The translations under genes and the position numbers were made by a program. DNA of 52,649 nucleotides from Chiloscyllium plagiosum (taxonomy: Eukaryota), in assembly GCF_004010195.1 (NCBI RefSeq), contig NC_057753.1, positions 10,259,667 to 10,312,315 on the forward strand. Reading direction: 5' to 3'. This document shows positions 23,369 to 35,579 of this stretch, piece after piece; the stretch's first letter is position 1, and the number at the start of each line of letters is the position of its first letter. The notes beneath the pieces are model-generated. The model saw nothing but the letters and a program-made list of their open reading frames with translations, made no database searches and was not told where the DNA came from.

Positions 23369-23866
23369 GATATGAGAAAGGAAGGAATTGTAGCTGGAAA
23401 TCACAAAACAAGATCTGATAGAAACAATCAATTCATTGGCATGGGAATATCATCAGCATTTGAAACTCACATGAATTTTTTATTTCTCTTCTGTCCGGTC
23501 TGCTTCGAAAGGTTTCAAACATCAATGAGACTGAAGCACGCAGACCTGAGTGAGAGTGTCCCAGTGAACTGACTGTAGGAAGAGGTTTAACTGGTTACAC
23601 AGCCTGAAATACCAACACCCCATTCACAGCTGCAGGAGACAGAACACAGTATGTGTGTGAGTGATCTTTCAACTGATTGTCAAAGCTAGAGAGAGATAAG
23701 AATTCCGACGTGATGGAGAAACCATGGAAATGTGGGGACTATGGGAAGGGAATATGAATTGCTGCCCTTGCCTGAATGCCATTAGCGCGGACACACTGGG
23801 GAGAGACCTGCTGTGTGTGCGGGAAGGGATTCAGTCAGAATGGCCACTTGCAGTCACACCAGTGTT
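23369..23866 (+). pseudogene. C2H2 zinc-finger relic D (absent from the ORF track)
   Basis: ATG at 23713 reads MEKPWKCGDYGKGI*, followed by HTGERP and VCGKGFSQNGHLQSHQC in broken frames. Candidate acceptor ttcacag| at 23368. Truncated by a LINE. Confidence 0.8.
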
Positions 23867-23874
23867 AATTCATA

Positions 23875-25400
23875 GCTATGGTTGTTGAAGGTCAGTCATC
23901 TCAGCTACAGGACATCTCTGCAGGAGTTCCTTCGGGTAGTGTCTGAGGTCCAACCATATTCAGCTGCTTCATCAATGACATTCCTCCCTCATAATGTCAG
24001 AAGTGGAGATGTTTGCCAATAATTACACAATATTGAGCATTATTCACAACTCCTCACATACTGAATCAGTTCAGTTTCAAATACAACAAGATCTTAACAA
24101 TATTCAATCGGCTGATGAGAGGCAAGTAACATTCATGCCAAGCAATGACTCACCCTGTTTGAGGATGTGGGTGTATTACACCTTTAAGAGACTTAAAAGC
24201 TTGCAGAACTAACTGACATCATCAAGTGTTCTGATTAAGATAATAATGTAACATTTGGTCGAAAGGTAGATTAGCTGGGTTGCTTGGAAATGATAAAACA
24301 GATTTAAATTAGGCCAATCAGTTTATTTATACTCCCGAAAAATACCAAACTCCAATCAAGGTTGAATTTAGTACTGTATATTGAAAATCTTAAAAGCCAA
24401 TGACACAATCCAATGCTTTGGGGGCATAAGACCGGGGAAATTTGAACATGTGGGACGAGAACTGCCAAATCAACAACATTTGCAAACTATCTGGAGAATA
24501 CCGCTCTTAAAAGTACCTTTATCAATTTGTGACCTATGAAGCATAATTCCTAAGAAGAAGAAAATAAGACAAAGGAAGATCCAAATAGAAGATTCGACAG
24601 CTGGCTGGTTATAAAACGTGGATTATTTTGGTAAAGCTCAATTGGCAGGTTTTATCAGACTAGTATTATAGAAGGGAATGTAAAAGATAGGTTAGAGGAA
24701 GGCACTGTAAATAGTTCATAGTTAATTATTCTCTGTTATACCTCATCGGTGTTACTGCCACTAAATACCCCACTATCAACATCCTTGGGGTTTACCATTG
24801 AGCAGAAACTCAACTAGACTCACTACATATACACGGTGGCGACAAGAGCAGGTCAGAGGCCAGGAATACTGTGGCAAGTAACTCACCTCCTGACTCCCCA
24901 AAATCTGTCCATCTTCTGCAAGGCACAAGTCAGCAGTGCCTTGCATGGGTGGCACTGCTTGGGTGGGTGCAACTTCAACAGCACTCAAAAAGCTTGATAC
25001 CATCCAGGTCAAAGTAGCCTGCTTGATTGGCACCATATCCACATGCATCCACTCTCTCTGCCAATAACGTATGACCTACAAGATACACTGCAGAAAGTCA
25101 CCACAGATCCCTCAACAATACCTTCCAAACCAACAACCACTTCCATTTCGAAGGGCCAGGACAGCAGATGCTTGCAAGTACCCCCTCCAAACCACTCACC
25201 ATCTTGACTTGGAATATATTGCTGTTCCTTCAGTCTCGCTGGGTCAAATTCTTGGAATTCCCTCCCTCATGGCATTGTGGGTCACTATATAGCGTGAGGA
25301 CTGCAGCGGTTCAAGAAGGTAGTTCACCACTACCTTCTTGAGGGGAACTAAATGCTGGCCAGCCAGCAATGCCCATGTACCATGAGTAACTTTTAATAAA
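23875..25400 (+). mobile_element. CR1/L2-group LINE 3' part, split by an insertion at 24156-24740
   Basis: VVEGQSSQLQDISAGVPSGSV.GPTIFSCFIND and EMFANN (decayed FADD). Resumes at ~24745 with TINILG..IEQKLN. Confidence 0.75.
24156..24740 (+). mobile_element. Putative truncated LTR-like insertion
   Basis: Starts with TG, interrupts the LINE, and carries several CCAAT boxes (24313-24415) followed by a TATA-like cataaga. No CA end or target-site duplication identified. Confidence 0.4.
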
Positions 25401-25642
25401 TTATGGAAACAGATGGTTGGAATCTGCAAACTAAAAACAAATCAGCGTTAAGGAGGGACAGATGGAGGGCATTGCTTGGTCATTATTTGAGGACATATAA
25501 AGAGCGATGTATCAACACTGTAAATATAATTTATAGTTAAACAGCTGCAGTATTTCACTCCATGTATAAATCTAAAATCGATTAAAGATTGGTTCCCGGC
25601 ATGTACTTCACTGACACATGAACAGGAAGGTTAAAGAAGGCA

Positions 25643-25740
25643 GGTAAAAACAAGGACTGCAGATGCTGGAAACCAGAGTCTTGAATAGAGTAGTGCTGGA
25701 AAAGCACAGCAGGTCAGGCAGCATCCGAGGAGCAGGAAGA
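25643..25740 (-). mobile_element. Penelope-derived terminal piece
   Basis: ggactgcagatgctgga...gaaaagcacagcaggtcaggcagcatccgaggagcagga, reverse complement of the 45520-45615 type. Confidence 0.75.
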
Positions 25741-25799
25741 CACTTGCTTTCATTACTTTAATTGAGTGCGGCTGTGTGGTACTGGAGATAGAGGGTAAT

Positions 25800-26126
25800 G
25801 GCAGCTGTACCTCCCACAATCCCATGCGCTCCAGACACCACTCCATGGGCCGCAGGCAGTACCAATGAAAGCAGTGAGGGTGGTACAAGTGCGCATGTGT
25901 GAGATCGGTGTGGTCCTCGTCTCTTATCTTGATGGACGTGGGGATCAACCAATGGCAAGCCCTAGCGGACCTGCGAGTCCTGGTCTTCCTGCCAATCAGC
26001 GCCCTTCTATTGTCTGAGTGCGGACGTTGGACCACGAGCTCCTAAAGTTGCTGCTGCTCCCCTCTGAATGAAGATTGAGTTTCACCCCAGACTTCAACTT
26101 CCTTTCTCTGTCTAAAGTCTGTGAGT
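25800..26126 (+). promoter_or_regulatory. ZF-type promoter/first-exon module, copy 2 (probable exon 1 of ZF B)
   Basis: ZNF143-like CTCCCACAATCCC (~25811), GTGCGCATG, two CCAAT boxes, and donor CT|GTGAGT at 26121. Confidence 0.7.
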
Positions 26127-26454
26127 ACAGCACTTTCTTTTCTCATTTTGGGGTTCAGCAGTTGGTTTGTCGGAGCTGGAGGGAAAGGCAGTCAATCCAG
26201 GGGAAGGGACAGATTCTGGAACAGGTTGGTCTAGATCTGTGTTTATTAAAGACATTGACAGGCGTTGTTTCCTTAGCAAGACATACTTATTTGTCTGGCA
26301 AAAAGGATGGCCTCTTGGTCCGCTATCAGGACAGATGCGAGAATATTGAATCTGCCATGAGAAGCAGGGCGCTGGTCAGGGGTCAGATTCCCTCTGAGGG
26401 CTCTTTGTGAGAGCTTGTTGATTTGATTTGATTTATTGCCACATGTACCACAGT

Positions 26455-27590
26455 TAGGTTGGTGGAGTTGTGGATAGCGTGGAGGGCTATTGTAAGTTGC
26501 AACGAGATGTTGCCAAGATACCGAACTAGGCTGGTAAGTGGCAGATGGAGTTCAACCTGGAAATGTGTGAAGTCATTCACTTTGGAAGATCGAATTTGAA
26601 AGCAGAATAAGGTTAAAGGCAGGATTCTTGGCAATATGGAGGAACAGAGGGATCTTGGGGTCCATGTCCACAGATCCCTCAAAATTTCCACCAAGTTGAA
26701 AAGGTTGTTAAGAAGACATATGGTGTGTTGGCCTTCATGAGCAGGGGGATTGAGTTTAAGAGCTGTGAGGTTATGCTGCAGCTCTACAGAGTCCTGGTTG
26801 GACCACACTTTGAACATTTTTACAGTGCGCAAACAGGCCCTTCGGCCCAACAAGTCCACACCGACCCGCCGAAGCGCAACCGACCCATACCCCTACATTT
26901 ACCTCTTACCTAACACTACGGGCAATTTAACATGGCCAATTCACCTAACCTGCACATTTTTGGACTGTGGGAGGAAACCGGAGCACCCGGAGGAAACCCA
27001 CGCAGACACAGGGAGAACGTGCAAACTCCACACAGTCAGTCGCCTGAGGCGGGAATTGAACCCGGGTCTCTGGAGCTGTGAGGCAGCAGTGCTAACCACT
27101 GTGCCACCGTGCCGCCCATCTAATTTGTGTTCAGTTCTGGTCACCTCATTAGAGGTAAGATGTGAAAGCTCAGAGAGGGTGCAGAGGAGATTTACCATGA
27201 TGTTGCCTGGACTGGAGGGCATGTCTTATGAAGAAAGGTTGAGGGAGCTAGGGCTTTTCTCATTGGAGCAAAGAAGGATGAGAGGTGACTTGATAGAGGT
27301 GTATAAGATGTTGAGAGGCATAGATAGAGTGGCAGAAATGAGGGGACATATCTTTTAAGGTAATTGGAGGAAGGTTTAGGGGAGATGTCAGAGAGTGGTG
27401 GGTGAGTAGAACGCACTGCCAGCGGTGGTAGTAGAGTCAGATACGTTAGGGACATTTAAGCGACTCTTGGATGGGTACATGGAAGTTAGTACAATGAAGG
27501 GTATGGAGGTTAGTCTGATCTTAGAGTAGAATAAAAGGCCAGCACAACATCCAGTGCCAAAGGGGATGTATTTTGCTGTGCTATGTTTTA
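26455..27590 (+). mobile_element. CR1 LINE 3' fragment (second subfamily) with SINE insertion
   Basis: WQMEFNLEMCEVIHFG, LAFMSRGIEFKS and LPGLEGMSYEERLRELGLFSLEQRRMRGDLIEVYK. Confidence 0.88.
26819..27117 (-). mobile_element. Full-length HE1-like SINE
   Basis: Reverse complement is highly similar to 9604-9900. Confidence 0.92.
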
Positions 27591-27764
27591 TATACCCAAG
27601 TTCAGACAAAAGTTTTGTTTTGTGAGCAGTAAAGTCAGACCATAGCAAACAAGGACTTGGAGGTCACATGGTGCTTAGTCACAGTGAGGCATACAGAGTT
27701 ACAGCTACACAGGAGGTGCACAAAGGCAAGGCCAACATTAAATTTGAAATTGGAGAGCTCCATT

Positions 27765-28075
27765 CAGCAGTCTAATAATGGCAGGGAAGAAGCTATTCTT
27801 GAACCTGTTGGTGCATGTGTTCAAGCTTCTGTATCTTCTGCCTGATGGGAGAGAGTGTAGGAGATCATTACCGGGGTGGGAGGGGACTTTGATGTTGGCA
27901 GCCTTTCTGCGGCAACGAGAAGTGTGGATGGATTCCATGGATGGGAGGTCACCTTCCGTGATGGACTGTGTTGTGCACACAACCTTCTATAGTTTCTTCC
28001 GGTCCTGGGCAGAGCTGAATTTCCTAAGCCTCTTGAGGAAGAAAAGATATTGTTGTGCCTTCTTGACCATTGCAT
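27765..28075 (-). mobile_element. Rex1/Babar-type LINE 3' fragment
   Basis: RCRRKAANIK.PSHPGNDLLHSLPSGRRYRSLNT.TNRFKNSFFPAIIRLLN, the C-terminus characteristic of this clade. Confidence 0.8.
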
Positions 28076-28539
28076 GAGTAGGTTTAGATATTTAGCCTCT
28101 CCTTTCGCATTCTTTCTAACTCCTTTATTTGGTGCAGTCACACAGTCAGTCAGTTTCATACCTTGTGCTAAACGTTTTGAAGGGCTTCTTCAAAAGGATA
28201 GTATATTATGAAGGGCAAAGATAGTGCATATATGTAATCTTTAAACTTGATTACATTTTAATGAATAGAACAGCTTATTTGTGGTAAAAATGTGTAAACT
28301 TAACAGGCATTATGAAGGGTAAGAGTGCAGAGTATTTATTGCATACTAAAACAGGACTGAGTTTGGACGGCTTTGACAAGAAGAAGTCATGTCTGATTAA
28401 TCTGTTAGGATTCTTTGAGCACGTAAAGAGTAAGTTAGACAAAGGAAGAGCCAGTGGACATGACCGATTTGGATTTCCAGAAGGCCTTTGACAAGGTGCC
28501 ACACAGGAGGCTGCTAAATAAGATGAATCCCTAGTATTA

Positions 28540-28812
28540 GATTACATTAGATTCCCTATAGTGTGGAAACAGGCCCTTCAGCCCAACAAGTCCACACCGA
28601 CCCTCTGAAGAGTAACCCACCCAGTCCCATTTCCCTCTGACTAATGCACTTAACACTGGCCAAGTCACCTGACCTGCACATCATTGGACTGTGGGAGGAA
28701 ACCCACGCAGTCACCGGGAGAATATGCAAACTCCACACAGACAGTCGCCTGAGGCTGGAATCAAACCTGGGACCCTGGTGCTGTGAAGCAGCAGTGCTAA
28801 CCACTGAGCCAC
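28540..28812 (-). mobile_element. HE1-like SINE (older subfamily) within CR1 fragments
   Basis: agtgtggaaacaggccctt...gcagcagtgctaaccactgagcc. Confidence 0.82.
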
Positions 28813-29224
28813 TGGGGAGAAGGCAGGAGCATGGGGCTGAGAAACATGTCAGAGAAGGTTGAAAAATGATCCTGGGGTTGAAGGGCTTGACATATGAGGG
28901 GTGTTTGAGGACTCTGGGTCTGGATGAGGTGGAGTTTAGAAGGGTGGAGGGGGGAGGTTGAGCCTTACAGGGGAGTGAGAGGCCTGGATAGGGTGAGTGT
29001 GGAGAAGATGTTTCCACTTGTAGGAGAGATCCAGGATGCAAGTGCACAGCCTCAGAGTGAAGGGAGGGCCCTGAGGTGAGTTATTTCTTCAACCAGACAG
29101 TAGTTAATCTGTAACATTCACTGTGATGGGGGCAGGGGGGAGAGATGAGACTGTGGAGGGCAAGCCACAGTGCTTTTAAGACAGAGATGGATCAGTTTTG
29201 TTAGTGAGGGAAATCAATGGTTGA

Positions 29225-29536
29225 TTAGATTAGATTACCTACAACGTGGAAACAGGCCCTTTGGCCTAACAAGTCCACACCGACACTCCGAAGAGTAACC
29301 CACCCAGACCCACTTCCCTCTGACGAATGCTCCTAACACTACGGGCAATTTAGCATGGCCAATTCACCTGACCTGCACATCTTTGGGCTGTGGGAGGAAA
29401 CCCACGCAGACACAGGGAGAATATGCAAACTCCATACAGAGTCTGCCTGAGGCTGGAATCGAACCTGGGACCGGAATCGAACCTGGGACCCTGGTGCTGT
29501 GAGGCAGCAGTGCTAACCACTGAGGCACCGTGCCAC
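29225..29536 (-). mobile_element. HE1-like SINE with duplicated B-box segment
   Basis: SINE body; ggaatcgaacctgggacc occurs twice in tandem (~29455-29490). Confidence 0.82.
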
Positions 29537-30196
29537 TGTTACGGGGAGAAGGCAGGAGCATGGGGTTGAGAAACATATCAGCCATGATTGGATGATGGCA
29601 CAGACCCAATGGGCTGAATGGCCTACTTCTGCTCCTTTTTTATTATGCTTTACTGAAATATGATTGGTTATAATTCACATGCTGCGTCCCCAGGATGGGA
29701 AGGAGGTGAGTCTCGGTCTGTCAGTCAGACCCTGCAGGAGATTGGGGAGGGATATTACGTACAGCGGAGTGAGAATGGAGGGGAGATGGTGTGGGATGCT
29801 TTTAGTGAATGAGAGACGGCAGAGATGTTCCGGGACTAGAACAGTCTGTTCTGAACTTCTATCCTGCACTTCCTCTGGCAACTCATTCCACACGTGCACC
29901 ACTGTCTTGTGAAAATGTTGCCTCTTGGATCCCCTTTAAATCTCACTTTAAAGCTACATTCTCTAGTTTTGGACTCCACTACCCTGGGGAAATTTCAATC
30001 TTGTATTTTCTGATGAGAGTCGAGTCGCGGGGCGGTTTCAGGTAACCTGTGTTGCAGCTTCATTTCTCCAGAGCAATAAGGCACACCAAAAGCTTCAGGA
30101 TGTCTTAACTTAGACAGTTTCAACTTAGAGCACGCGCTCCCCCACCTTGATTGCTATTGGTCAGAGCCGCCCAGTTATCCCTTTTGTAATTGGCTC

Positions 30197-33100
30197 TCTG
30201 GTGGAGCATCTTGTACAGTTTCAGCTGACCTCAATGTATTTCCAATGAAGCTAATCGTTTCACTGAATGACAAAGAAATGGACAGGCTTGTGATCCGGCC
30301 CTGGACCTTTTAGATATTTCCCAGACTCTCTTCTCTCCCTCTGAGGCTTTTTCACATTGGTTCTTGTATTCAAGTAACACTTACCAGCTGCACCACGGTA
30401 ACTGCCAATTCATTGGATAACTGCCTGTCACTTCAGGAACCTTTTAAATTCCTCATTACAGGTGATCCAAAAGGATATTGATGTGGTTACACCTAATGTT
30501 GGAATTTTTCAGCTAACACGTTGTTGCTTCCCATATTTACTAGACACCTCTATCTTTATCCTTGGGTGTCTTCTAATGTCATCATTCACCTCACATTCCA
30601 ATGTCTGCCTAGTTCTGTCTCTGTGATTCATTCCTCTTTGTAATGAGTTGGGGGCTGCTTTTATTGTCTGAAACTGATTGGGATCTTTTCCTCTAATGCT
30701 TTAAATGATTTTTTTATTTGTGTATAGTTGGATCTGTAACTACTACGGAATCTATATCTATGATTATTTGAAGGATCTTAACTGAAAATTACTCTTACTA
30801 TTGTATCAGATTGATTAAATGATTCCAGAGACACAACAAATTGGTGTGAAATGTTCTTTTCTGTGTTTTAATGCGTAAACAAATGCAGTTGCACATTCTA
30901 TCCCAGTCTGTTACCTTGAATCCACAGAGTTACTGTTGTTTTATTTGTCAGGACTATGTTAAGCAAACATTTTTCCCCAAGGTCTCTAACTCCTGTCAGC
31001 TATGTTTTGCTACATTAGCCGTGGCTAGCCATCGGTGTCCTGCCCAGTCATGGGCAATTGGAACAGGAAAATACTTGGGCTATTCACCCTATCTGTGCCC
31101 CTCATCATTTTATAAACTTCTGGAATTGTCTGAAGACTGGTATCTGTGATGCTGCAGGACCACTGTGAGTACCTCAGCCTGATCTTTTGTGCTGATGTGC
31201 TGGGCTCTTCCATCAGTGAGGATGGGGATATTGGTAGGGCTGTCTCCTCCAATGAGTTAGTTAATTGTCCACTACCATTCACAACTGGATTGGGCAGGAC
31301 TGCAGAGCTTAGATCTGATCCATTGGTTGTATTATTATTCACAATTTATACTGATGATTTGGAGTTGGGGACCATGGGTCACAGGTCAAATTTTGCAGAT
31401 GACACTAAGATGAGTGGCAGAACAAAGTGTGCAGAGGACTGTGAAACTTTGCAGAGGAACAGAGATATTTTGAAGTCATCCATTTTGATAGGAGTAACAG
31501 TAATGAGTTGATGGTGAGAAGTTGCAGCATGCTGTTGTGCAGAGGGACATGGGAGTCCTTGTGCATGAATCACCGAGGGTCGGTCTGCAGGTCAAACAGG
31601 TGATTAGGAAGACAAATGGAATTTTGTCCTTCATTGCTGAAGGGATTAGGTTTAAAAGCAAGGAACTTGTGTAGGCCATTTGGACCATTAGGTCAACACT
31701 GACCCCTCCAAAGTGCGTGCCACACAGACTCCCCAAACCCCCACTCTTCCCCCACCCCACCCCCAAATCCTATCCAGTCATTTCTGCTGGTGGATGAGAC
31801 TAGGACCTGGGGTATTGACCTCCAGATTAGGGGGAGTAGAATTCGGACAGAGACGAGGAGGAACTGCGTTTCCCAGAGAGTAGTGAATCTGTGGAAGTCT
31901 CTGCCCAAGGAAGCAGTACAGGCAGCTTCATTAAGTATATTCAAGACACAGTTGGATGGGATTTTGCATGGAGGGGAATTAAGGGTAGCCGGGATAATGC
32001 AGGGAGGAGGAGCAGAGACGACAGATAGATCAGCCATGATCTTAATGAATGGCGGAGCAGGCTGGAAGGGCCAAATGGCCTACCCCTGCTTCTATTACTA
32101 TGCAACTATAACCCTGCATTTCCCATGGCTAACCCACCTAACCTGCACATCCCTGGACACTATGGGCAATTTCGCTTGGCCAATCCAAATCGAGGCTGGT
32201 GAGCAATGTAGTGATGTGGAAAATGACCATCAGAGAATGATAGAAAGGGACAAGGAGGATAAATGTACCAGCAATCAAAACTGGATTCAAAAGATCACAA
32301 AACGTGAAACTAAAGACTGTGTCTGAATGTGAGCTGCATTGTCACAAAAGTGAATGAATTGACTGCACACATTGAAGAGAATAATTATGATCTGAGACTC
32401 CTTACAGAGACATGGCTTCAGGATGACAAGGATTGGATCCTGAATATCGAGGCAGGAGGTATGTGGCATTCAAGTCGAATGGGAAGCTAGGTAAAGGTAG
32501 AGGGTTGGCACTGCTAATCAAAGCACTGATCACAGGGTAGTGTGGTGTCAGCTTGGATTTCAGATCCTGATTTCTCTGTCCTCTGTTGATCTACCTGTTC
32601 CCACAGAGTAAAATGTCATCTGTTCTCAGCTCTGCTGGATTTTTCCTGAAACCTTGGCCCCTCTTTTATACCTTCCAGAACAATAAAACATTCAGTCGAT
32701 CAAGGCCAAACCCCTAGTCTCCCAGCCTGTCAACCATCCAGACAGAGTGTGTTGTCAGAGCAGAGAATAAAACAAGAAAAATGAAACAAAATTAGAAATT
32801 AGTGCACAGTTGGTGCTGTGCTTAATGTTTGTTCATTAGGAAGTAACCAAAAATAGGAGTCTCCTAGGATTCTATAGTGCCCTAATTGAAGAATTCTCTC
32901 TCCCTTACATCTAAGTATTAGTACCCAGCTATGATTTATAACAATATTTACATCAATGAAAATAAAGCATCTGTTATCAAATAGACATATACAGTACGGA
33001 AATAGAGCTTTCGATCCAACACATCCATGCTGACAAGATATCCTATGTAAGTAAGTTCCATTTGTCAGCATTTGGCCCACATCCCTCCAAACCCTTCCTG

Positions 33101-34132
33101 TTCACATACCCATCCAGGTGCCTTTTAAATGTAATTGTAACAGCCACTTCCTCTGGCAGCTCATTCCATGCGCGCACTACCCTCTGTGTGAAAATGTTGA
33201 CCCTTCGGTCCCTTTTAAATCTGCCCCCCCCTCCCTGTAAACTGATGTCCTCTGTTTTTTACTCCCCCAACCTAGGGAAAAGACCTTGCCTATGTACCCT
33301 ATCTGTGCCACTCATGATTTTATATATGTCCATAAGGTCACCCCTCAGCCTCTGATGCTCCAGGGGAAACAGCCTCTCCTTATACCACAAACCCTCCAAC
33401 ACTGGCAATATCCTTATCAATCTGTCCTGCACCATTTCAAGTTTCACAATATCCTTCCTACCTGATAGCAGGGAGACCAGAATCGAATGCAATATTCCAA
33501 AAGTGTCCTGCTCAGCTGCAACATGACCTCCCAACTCCTATACCCAATGCATTCAATGGGCCAAATTGCTTCTTTCTGCACTGCAGGGATTTTATGATTT
33601 TGATTGATGTAAAGTGTTGATGTATGTTGCTTCATATGGTGTAAGTCTGATTATCACTGTTGTACAAGCTGCATGGCTATGGTTTTTCACCATCCAATAT
33701 AGTAATGGAGTTACATCCTGTATTTCTTGTAATCATTTTTATATAACAGGTCAGCAGGAAGTCATTCAGCAACTTTACTGGCTTTCTTTTCTCAAGCAGC
33801 CTTGACATTTCATTATCATGTCCTTGATTCAGCTCAGTTTCCAGCACCTTTTGGAAGCAGCTTGTTCCAGGTCATTGTCACCTAAATGATGGTTTCCTCC
33901 ATACACACTTAAGGCTATCTTGCTGTGTGAGGGTTTTCAGGTTTCTGTGTGCTGGATCATATGTGATCAGCAGGCATCTGGCAATCTACAAGAATTGCCA
34001 CCTTTGTTATGTCCATGTAACTGTACTGACAGTGATCACTTACTTTGTGATTTTTCTTTTGCAGGAAGACGTGCAGAAAGAAATCTGAAACCAAAAGATA
34101 CATCAATCTCTGACAGAGCCACTTGATTCATT
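30197..34132 (+). repeat. ~3.9-kb segmental duplication, inverted copy at 48631-51956
   Basis: Collinear reverse-complement matches throughout, e.g. agcatcttgtacagtttcagctgacctca, gactgcagagcttagatctgatccattggttgt and tttgcaggaagac. ORF 31025..31342 (-) is similar to ORF 50848..51081 (+). Confidence 0.92.
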
Positions 34133-34392
34133 GGGACTTGAATATCAGCAGTCATTCACAGCAAGAAGAAATGTTTGCTTTTGTCTGCTTGAGAGATTTT
34201 GGACACTGGTGTGGCAGGGAGAATACTGAGACACCCGAGTGAGGGAGATTGTGTGCTGACTGTGAAAAGTGCTTGAAACCAGTTACTCAGCTTGGGGGAT
34301 CAAAACCTCACCCCTCACAGTGTGGAGAGACTGTGTAACTGTTCTGTTTGTAATTTCAAACCCAGAGGGACACAAGGAAAGCTTCCCCCCCC

Positions 34393-34744
34393 ATGGGAAA
34401 ACCTGGAAATGTGGGGACTGTGAGAAAAGGTTCCCTTCCCTATGATGCTGGAAACCCATACACACGTTCACACTGGGGAGAGGCCATTCACCCGCTCCAT
34501 GTGCAGACTGGGATTCAGTGAGGTAGGCCATCTGCAGATATGCCTGTGGGTCCATGTGGAAGAGAAGCCGTTCAAGTGCTCAGTGTGCAGGAATGGGTTC
34601 ACTCCGTCGTCTCCACTGCTGATTCACCAGCGGGTCCACACCGGAGGGAGGCCGTTCACTTGCTCTCTGTGTGGGAAGGGCTTCAGCCGCTCCTCCCACC
34701 TGCGGAGGCACCAGCGAGTTCCCGTGCCATCACAGGGGGTTTGA
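34393..34744 (+). pseudogene. C2H2 zinc-finger pseudogene B (4 finger remnants)
   Basis: The start is homologous to gene C but has two 1-nt deletions in finger 1. Finger 2 has lost Cys/His, finger 3 is intact, finger 4 ends HQRVP. Acceptor tttgcag| at 34064 and AATAAA at 35327-35332. Confidence 0.88.
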
Positions 34745-34769
34745 AGGAGCAACGGCCGAGTGCCATTAT

Positions 34770-35032
34770 CAACTGGACTATTAATCCAGTTCCGGGGACT
34801 CCTGGGTTCGAATCTCACCGTGGCAGATGGCAGAATTGGAACTCAGTCTGAAATCTGGAGTTCAGAATCTCATGATCAAACTATTTTTGGGGAAAAAACA
34901 GCCCTAACTGATTCACTAATGTTTTAAGGAAGGAAACTGTCGTTGTGGGAAAGGATTCATTCAGTCGTCCCTGCAACTGGTCTGGCCTACAAGTGACCCC
35001 TGACCCATAGCAGTGCGCTTGAATCTACACTG

Positions 35033-35033
<1 letters not shown>
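34770..35033 (+). mobile_element. Old Deu-type (SacSINE1-like) SINE in the ZF 3'UTR, followed by (CA)n at 35034-35064
   Basis: gggttcgaatctcaccgtggcagatggcagaattgg...aaggaaggaaactg...ctggtctggcctaca; same position as in gene A. Confidence 0.55.
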
Positions 35034-35066
<33 letters not shown>

Positions 35067-35579
35067 CTCATCCCTGCAAATAAGCGGGGAGAATCTTACT
35101 TGGAGACAGGGTATGGGTTGAAATTGCTGAGTGAGGCAATACTCCCTCTGGGTTAAGGCTGTACCAAGGAACCAATTACAAAGGGACAACTCAGCTGACC
35201 AATAGTAAAGGAAGTGGGGTGCAGGGGAGTGTGTGTGCTTTGAGTTTGAGCTGTTTCAAAAAAAAAAGCTACTTTTTGTGCACCTTTTTGCTGGGGAGAT
35301 CTGAAGCTGTAACAAAGTTGGGTTGCAATAAAAGTTACCTGAACTTACTGTCGGACTCCAACATTGAAAGCCATGAGATCCAACAGGTTTTTGTTTTAAA
35401 GCGGCTCATTTCTTTCAGCCTCCAGGGCGAGGTTTCCAATGTTGTATATCAGAAGGAGCAGTCAATGTGTAGCCTGTATTATTACAAATTGTAAATTTTT
35501 CAGGACTGCAGGTTCTTCGTTTCATTGGCATTGTAAAGTTTACTGGCAGCAGCTGGAGGTGTGGGCGGTTTTCATTGGA

